From the NCBI GenBank assembly GCA_037381445.1, contig JARRQT010000045.1, forward strand, positions 15,740 through 28,306: a DNA stretch of 12,567 nucleotides, written 5' to 3'. A program made the translations under genes and the position numbers. Shown here in pieces: positions 8,088 to 12,567 of this stretch. How positions within the stretch are numbered: position 1 is the first letter of the stretch; every line of letters begins with the position of its first letter. The notes under the pieces are model-generated. The model was not told the DNA's origin, searched no databases, and worked only from the letters and a program-made list of their open reading frames with translations. The stretch is from Calditrichia bacterium. GTDB taxonomy: Bacteria > Calditrichota > Calditrichia > RBG-13-44-9.

Positions 8088-9047
8088 TTGAGATCTGCCC
8101 AGAATACAAAAAAATTCTTTAAAGAACTTGACTACATTTTGCACAAATCATTTAAGGTTGATGAATATGCGCTGATTTTACAGCATAAGAATTCTGAATT
8201 TTTGACAGTGTTTCATTCCTACGGACTTCCCAAGCGGGAAATGAAGGAAATTTTTTATCGGCCGGGAGAAGGCATTGCGGGAAAAGTATATCTGAACAAC
8301 CGCGCGGTTTACATTCCCGATGTATCGGCCATCAAAGGGTTCTCATACTATTTTAACTCCCGCAAACCGGTATACGGCAGCCTTTATTATCATCCGGTTC
8401 TCGATGAGAACGGCAAGTGCATGGGTCTTTTAAAGATGCGAAAAGTCGCCAGAGAAGGTTTCTCTGAAGTTGAAAGATCCGTTTTCCGTATTTTGCAGCA
8501 TGAGATCGGATCTACCTTTTTAAGCGTTCGTAAACTTGAAATACTCCGCACCAAGAGCTTTGTGGATCAGGACACATCACTTTATAATCATCACTATTTC
8601 AAAGAGCACTATCCCATAGAATTCAAACGGGCGCAGCGCTATCAGCATGATCTCTCAATTGTGATGTTAAATATCAATGATTTGCAGAAAATCAAAGATC
8701 AGTTTCTCCATACACAAATACTCAAAGATGTTGGCGGGCTGTTACGGGAAACTACCCGTACCAGCGATATATGCATTCGCAATGGTGAGGATGAGTTTGT
8801 TATTCTATTGCCCGAGACTTCCCGGCAGGCGGCATATGAAGTCGCCGCCAAATTGAATAAGGCCATTACGGATTTTTATTTCAATAAAAACGGAGAGTAT
8901 GGAAATACAAGCCTCACCCTTGCAATAGGCGTGGCCAGTTATCCCGCGGATACTATTGAACCGCATCTTTTAGTAGAAATAGCGCAGAAATCCCGGAAGA
9001 ACCCGCAGGAACTGGAGATAGACAAAAGCAACTCCTCTCCGGAATAA
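8088..9047 (+). CDS. GAF plus degenerate GGDEF domain protein (start codon uncertain)
   Basis: GAF motifs GEGIAGKV..VYIPDV and GFSEVE. GGDEF fold: EFKRAQRYQHDLSIVML..RTSDICIRNGEDEFVILLP..LAIGVASYP. Catalytic motifs are degenerate. Confidence 0.88.
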   Translation: MRSAQNTKKFFKELDYILHKSFKVDEYALILQHKNSEFLTVFHSYGLPKREMKEIFYRPGEGIAGKVYLNNRAVYIPDVSAIKGFSYYFNSRKPVYGSLYYHPVLDENGKCMGLLKMRKVAREGFSEVERSVFRILQHEIGSTFLSVRKLEILRTKSFVDQDTSLYNHHYFKEHYPIEFKRAQRYQHDLSIVMLNINDLQKIKDQFLHTQILKDVGGLLRETTRTSDICIRNGEDEFVILLPETSRQAAYEVAAKLNKAITDFYFNKNGEYGNTSLTLAIGVASYPADTIEPHLLVEIAQKSRKNPQELEIDKSNSSPE

Positions 9048-9081
9048 GAATGTTCTTCCGGCATTAAAAGTAATGCTTCTT
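9039..9081. terminator. Possible hairpin terminator(s) between the convergent GGDEF and Fe-S carrier genes
   Basis: CCGGAA..TTCCGG (9039-9061) and GCATTA-AAAG-TAATGC (9061-9076) followed by TTCTT. Stems are short. Confidence 0.35.
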
Positions 9082-9093
9082 AGCCTGATAAAA

Positions 9094-9432
9094 TCAACAT
9101 GAGCAGGATGACCCGTCGCAGCTGCAGCCGCCCGTCAAGTTTGGATTTCTAAAGATAAACCCCTTTTGGCCGGACTGATCGATGAAATCAAGTTCCACAC
9201 CTTCAAGATATGGGAAGCTGAGTTCATCGATAAAAATCTTAATCCCCTTGATATCAAGGACTTTGTCATCTGTCATGGCATCATCCTGGAATCCCAGAAC
9301 ATAGTTTGGCCCCGAGCAGCTCACGCCGTTAACGCCGATGCGCAAACCGGAATCCAGTTTCCCTTCCTTCTCCATGATTTCTTTGATTTGCTCAGAAGCT
9401 TTATCTGAAATTGTTATTATATTTTCCATCAT
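9094..9432 (-). CDS. A-type iron-sulfur cluster carrier (HesB/IscA/ErpA family)
   Basis: ITISDKA..LRIGV..SCSGPNYVLGF..IFIDELSFPYLEGVELDF..GFIFRNPN..CSC. SD AAAGGA. The start could be the second ATG (9429). Confidence 0.92.
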   Translation of the reverse strand: MMENIITISDKASEQIKEIMEKEGKLDSGLRIGVNGVSCSGPNYVLGFQDDAMTDDKVLDIKGIKIFIDELSFPYLEGVELDFIDQSGQKGFIFRNPNLTGGCSCDGSSCSC

Positions 9433-9455
9433 GAAAATCCTTTTGCTTTTTTATA

Positions 9456-9484
9456 ATTATATCAAATAAAACCAATTTTTGAAA
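9456..9484 (-). promoter_or_regulatory. Extended -10 promoter of the Fe-S carrier gene
   Basis: Minus strand TGA-TATAAT (9464-9456), with TTTCAA 17 nt upstream of the -10. Confidence 0.6.
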
Positions 9485-10159
9485 CTATTTTAGAATAAAG
9501 TTGCGGATTAATCTGCCTTCCGGGTGATAATGCAGCATCGCTTTTCCTGCGAATTGGTTGTTGGAAAGCATTTTTTCTTCCGAATAGGTGCTCTTGGAAA
9601 ATATGACCATCAAAACATTCCGACTGTTAAGATCGATTGATGTCCGCAGGCTGTCGGAACTGGGATTGCCGAAGACGCCAATATCGTCGCTCAGGGTGAG
9701 ACGGCCGCCTACATGGACTTCCGCTTTGCCGATGCCTTCGTATTCCTCTCCTGCTTTCCCCAGCCGAAATTCAATATCTCCCTGAATTTTGTCCAGATCA
9801 TACAAACCGATAGGAAGCAGGAATGCCAGCGAACAATAGTTGCATACATCAACAATGGAATTAATCTGATACAGGGATTTGCCTTTCACAACCCTTCTGA
9901 ATAGAGCCTCGGATGACGGCCTGATCCGGGTGGGTTCCATCCCGATAGCATAATACAGCTCGCGTGCCGGTTTTAGTTTGTCAAGCGCTTCGGATGGCGA
10001 ATCATACTGGGACTTATATTTTTCGGCCAATAGATTCATCTCGTTCCAGAGGGCGTCATTCTTTTCCCCGCAGTTCAGACTGGAGAACTGCAGGCAGCCC
10101 GCCAGAATAACGTCTTTTATTTCGGGATTTATAATGATTTTTGCGGAAGAATCATTCAT
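9485..10159 (-). CDS. Stand-alone B3/4 (PheT editing-like) domain protein
   Basis: ARELYYAIGMEPTRIRPSSEALFRRV..LYQINSIVDVCNYCSL..PIGLYDLDKIQG..YEGIGK..FGNPSSDS. Overlaps the Nudix gene by 8 bp. Confidence 0.9.
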   Translation of the reverse strand: MNDSSAKIIINPEIKDVILAGCLQFSSLNCGEKNDALWNEMNLLAEKYKSQYDSPSEALDKLKPARELYYAIGMEPTRIRPSSEALFRRVVKGKSLYQINSIVDVCNYCSLAFLLPIGLYDLDKIQGDIEFRLGKAGEEYEGIGKAEVHVGGRLTLSDDIGVFGNPSSDSLRTSIDLNSRNVLMVIFSKSTYSEEKMLSNNQFAGKAMLHYHPEGRLIRNFILK

Positions 10160-10586
10160 CGGCGCCCGATCTCAAATTTTTGTGCTGCCGGATCAGTTTA
10201 TCGGCGATAGGAATATCAGCAGGTGAAAGTTCGAAGTCCCGCAGTTGATGGACCTGAATCCACTGAACTTCCTCGTGATCTGCCAGCAGAAAATTCCCGC
10301 TTTTAAATTCTGCAAGATAGGCCAATAAAAGAATGTGCTTTTGGGAATACTGATGGTTCACGGCGAAATAAATTTCCTTGACGTTAATGTCGATTCCCAG
10401 CTCTTCACGAATTTCCCTTTTCAGGCAATTCCCGGGAGATTCTCCGATTTTCAGTTTTCCGCCGGGAAATTCCCATTTCAGCCCCTGGCTCAGATTTTTC
10501 TTTCGTTTAGCAATTAAAATCCGCCCGGTTTCATCACATATGACCGCCGCCAGCACCGGAATGATTTGTTTCTTCACATTTTCCAT
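10152..10586 (-). CDS. mutT: MutT/NudG-like (d)NTP pyrophosphohydrolase
   Basis: Nudix box WEFPGGKLKIGESPGNCLKREIREELG, N-terminal ILIAKR, C-terminal PADIPI. Confidence 0.88.
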   Translation of the reverse strand: MENVKKQIIPVLAAVICDETGRILIAKRKKNLSQGLKWEFPGGKLKIGESPGNCLKREIREELGIDINVKEIYFAVNHQYSQKHILLLAYLAEFKSGNFLLADHEEVQWIQVHQLRDFELSPADIPIADKLIRQHKNLRSGADE

Positions 10587-10658
10587 TTATCTTTTAAAAG
10601 TATGAGCCAATATAAGTTCTTCAAATTTTAAAATATAGAGAGCATTTTGACGAAATTT

Positions 10659-11624
10659 TCATTCAAAATGCTTTCCCACTTCTTCAACCAATCCCTTGAT
10701 GAGCTCCTCGAATTTCCCTTCATAACGGCATCCCGCGGCGTGCATATGTCCCCCTCCCCCGAAGGCTTTGGCAATGGCATTCACATTTATGCGGCCTTTT
10801 GAACGAAAACTCACCTTGAAAAAATTGGGTTCCACTTCTCTTACGAACAATCCCACTTCCACACCGCGGATAGCGACGCTATAATTGGAAAGTTCTTCAA
10901 TCTCGGAATGATGATTTTTTTGCATCACTTCCAGCGGAAGAAATATAATGGAGAGCTTTCCATCAAGATATGATTTCATGTTGGCCAGACCATAGCCGAT
11001 TGTCTTCATTGCCTCGAAGCTGCAATTGAAAAAAAGCTGGTTGGCTATCTGGCTCGGCTTCACACTGTATTCCAGAAGATGCGAAGCGATTTGAAAATCC
11101 CGCAGGCTGGTATTGGAAAAAGAAAACCGTCCGGTATCATACATAATTCCTGAGAAGATTAAATTGGCCAGGTCATGATCAATTTGAATATCACTGCGGG
11201 AAATAAGCTCATAAACCAGATGGCTGGTTGAACTGATCTCGGTGTTCACCATGTTATAGGCAGCGAAATCTTTCTCCACAGGGTGATGATCAATTTTAAC
11301 ACAAAAATCCCGCGGCGGCAGAAGTTCTGACGGATCTCCCATCCGCTCTTTACTGGGAACATCCAGCACCACTGCGGCCTCAAACCGTACGCTGTTATCG
11401 CTGGAAAATGGAGAGATTTTGTCAAATCCCCACATGAAATTATATTTGTGGTCCGGCTTTTGGTCATGGATGATAATCCGGTATTGTTTCCCCCATTTTT
11501 CAAAAAGATAGGCAACGGAGAGCATGGAAGCATAGGCATCACCATCGGCATTCATATGGGAGGTGATCAGGTAATTATCAGCAGCCCGTAGAAATTCCAG
11601 AATTTTTTGTATGTTTTTTTCCAT
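10659..11624 (-). CDS. nrnA: Bifunctional nanoRNase/pAp phosphatase NrnA (DHH/DHHA1), 321 aa
   Basis: SHMNADGDA, VVLD, IDHH, SSTS, GIMYDTGRF, KVSFRS, FGGGGHMHAAG. Start moved to the ATG at 11624 (MEKNIQ) because the track's TTG at 11693 abuts the -10 box. Confidence 0.92.
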   Translation of the reverse strand: MEKNIQKILEFLRAADNYLITSHMNADGDAYASMLSVAYLFEKWGKQYRIIIHDQKPDHKYNFMWGFDKISPFSSDNSVRFEAAVVLDVPSKERMGDPSELLPPRDFCVKIDHHPVEKDFAAYNMVNTEISSTSHLVYELISRSDIQIDHDLANLIFSGIMYDTGRFSFSNTSLRDFQIASHLLEYSVKPSQIANQLFFNCSFEAMKTIGYGLANMKSYLDGKLSIIFLPLEVMQKNHHSEIEELSNYSVAIRGVEVGLFVREVEPNFFKVSFRSKGRINVNAIAKAFGGGGHMHAAGCRYEGKFEELIKGLVEEVGKHFE

Positions 11625-11693
11625 GCGTTTGCCCCAAGAGGTAAATCCGGTTATACTTTTAGGATATTGCTTCCCTTTTGAAAAATAGTGCAA

Positions 11694-11722
11694 ATTATAA
11701 ATGATTCGACGTGAGAAATCAA
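11694..11722 (-). promoter_or_regulatory. Sigma70 promoter of nrnA-mutT-B3/4
   Basis: Minus strand TTGATT (11722-11717), 17-nt spacer, TATAAT (11699-11694). Confidence 0.75.
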
Positions 11723-11767
11723 GACAATTTTAAGTTCTTTTATGAAAGGCAGGATAATTCGCGCGGG

Positions 11768-11812
11768 AAAATAAGAACCCGTACCATCAACCATGATTCG
11801 GATTCTTATTTT
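11768..11812 (-). terminator. Intrinsic terminator after the TPR gene
   Basis: Minus strand AAAATAAGAATCCG-N17-CGGGTTCTTATTTT: 14-bp stem whose one mismatch is a U:G wobble on this strand, 14 nt after the TAA at 11827. Confidence 0.7.
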
Positions 11813-11826
11813 TAGAGCATTTTTTA

Positions 11827-12567
11827 TTATTGGATCATCTCATTCAAAACGACTTGCAGATTTTCTTTAACAATTTCATTTGCAGGGTCGATTGTCAGTG
11901 CCTTCCTGAACATTTTTTCTGCTTTTTCATGCTGGCCCTGTTGGTAGAAGAGATTTCCCGCCAATATGTGGATTTCCAGATCACCGGGCTCTGCATCGAG
12001 AAGATGCTGAATTTCCTCAATCGCCTGATCGACGGAATCCTTTTGAATGAGTCAGGATTTCTGCATAAATTTTTTCAGCTTCTTTGTATTGTTCCTTATG
12101 GAAGATGATGCTTCCCAATCCAAGCTTGGCAGGCAGACAATCCTGCGTATGAGTGAGATAATCCCTGAATAAATTCTCCGCTGTATCCAGTTCTCCCTGA
12201 TTGAGAAACTGGTAAGCAATATAGACTTCCGGATATTGAATTAATTCCAGCATCGAGCCAGCATAGGCATGTCCGGGCTGTTTCTCGCGGAACCTTTCAA
12301 TGAGTTCACGGGCAGAATCATAGTTGCCGTTCTCGATATAGAGGTTCGCCATCTTTTCATACGCTTCAAAATCGTCCGGGAATTTCTGCATGAGGGCCAT
12401 TAAAATCTGAATTCCCTCTTCAAATTTTTCCTCAGCGAGATAGGCATCCGCCAGGTTTTTCAAATGTTCGGGATGATCGCCGTCATTCACCACGGCCCGC
12501 TCGAAATAATGTCTTGCTTCCATTATTTTATTTTGGGCCCAGTATACACTACCCATTCTGTTGAGGG
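11827..12567 (-). pseudogene. TPR repeat protein (5' end off the window), split by an out-of-frame junction at ~12047-12051
   Basis: The first frame is open from the window edge with TPRs up to ..YAEILTH, then short junk to TGA at 12017. A second frame (12051-11827) encodes LIQKDSVDQAIEEIQHLLDAEPGDLEIHILAGNLFYQQGQHEKAEKMFRKALTIDPANEIVKENLQVVLNEMIQ*, clear TPR sequence with no start codon at its beginning. Could be an assembly error rather than a true pseudogene. Confidence 0.75.

Noticed and set aside
9064..9096. Selenocysteine read-through of the TGA ending the HesB/IscA gene
   Set aside because: All canonical Cys positions are already Cys, there is no convincing SECIS hairpin at the right distance, and read-through would add only about 9 unremarkable residues.
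11625..11693. 23-aa N-terminal extension of NrnA from the TTG at 11693 (ORF track)
   Set aside because: The TTG directly abuts the TATAAT box, so it would lie upstream of the transcription start. The ATG at 11624 gives the normal family length.
9166..12108. Short plus-strand and alternate-frame ORFs over the Fe-S carrier, B3/4, mutT, nrnA and TPR genes
   Set aside because: They overlap confident genes and show no domain signal. 11830-12108 (+) is the antisense of the TPR C-terminus.

Overview
A mostly housekeeping bacterial locus, almost all on the minus strand. Shine-Dalgarno use, sigma70-like promoters and a SprE/PorW-like TPR lipoprotein suggest a Calditrichota/FCB-related organism (inference only). 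Order on +: engB (truncated by the window edge, missing from the ORF track), trxA, rlpA, a 972-aa ORF joining a complete class III sirtuin (CobB) in frame to a lipobox-bearing TPR lipoprotein, recR, ybaB/ebfC, dnaX, SRP RNA (ffs), tRNA-Ala(CGC), a ~430-bp divergent spacer, a + strand GAF plus degenerate GGDEF gene, an A-type Fe-S carrier, a stand-alone B3/4 domain protein, a MutT/NudG Nudix hydrolase, NrnA (DHH/DHHA1), and the 3' part of a TPR gene broken by an out-of-frame junction. No mobile element, CRISPR array or recognisable defence system was found. The most unusual signals are the CobB-lipoprotein fusion (real polyprotein or deletion/misassembly), a dense cluster of Bacteroidota-type O-glycosylation sequons in its TPR half, a second deletion-like junction at ~12050, and a catalytically degenerate GGDEF domain with an intact I-site.
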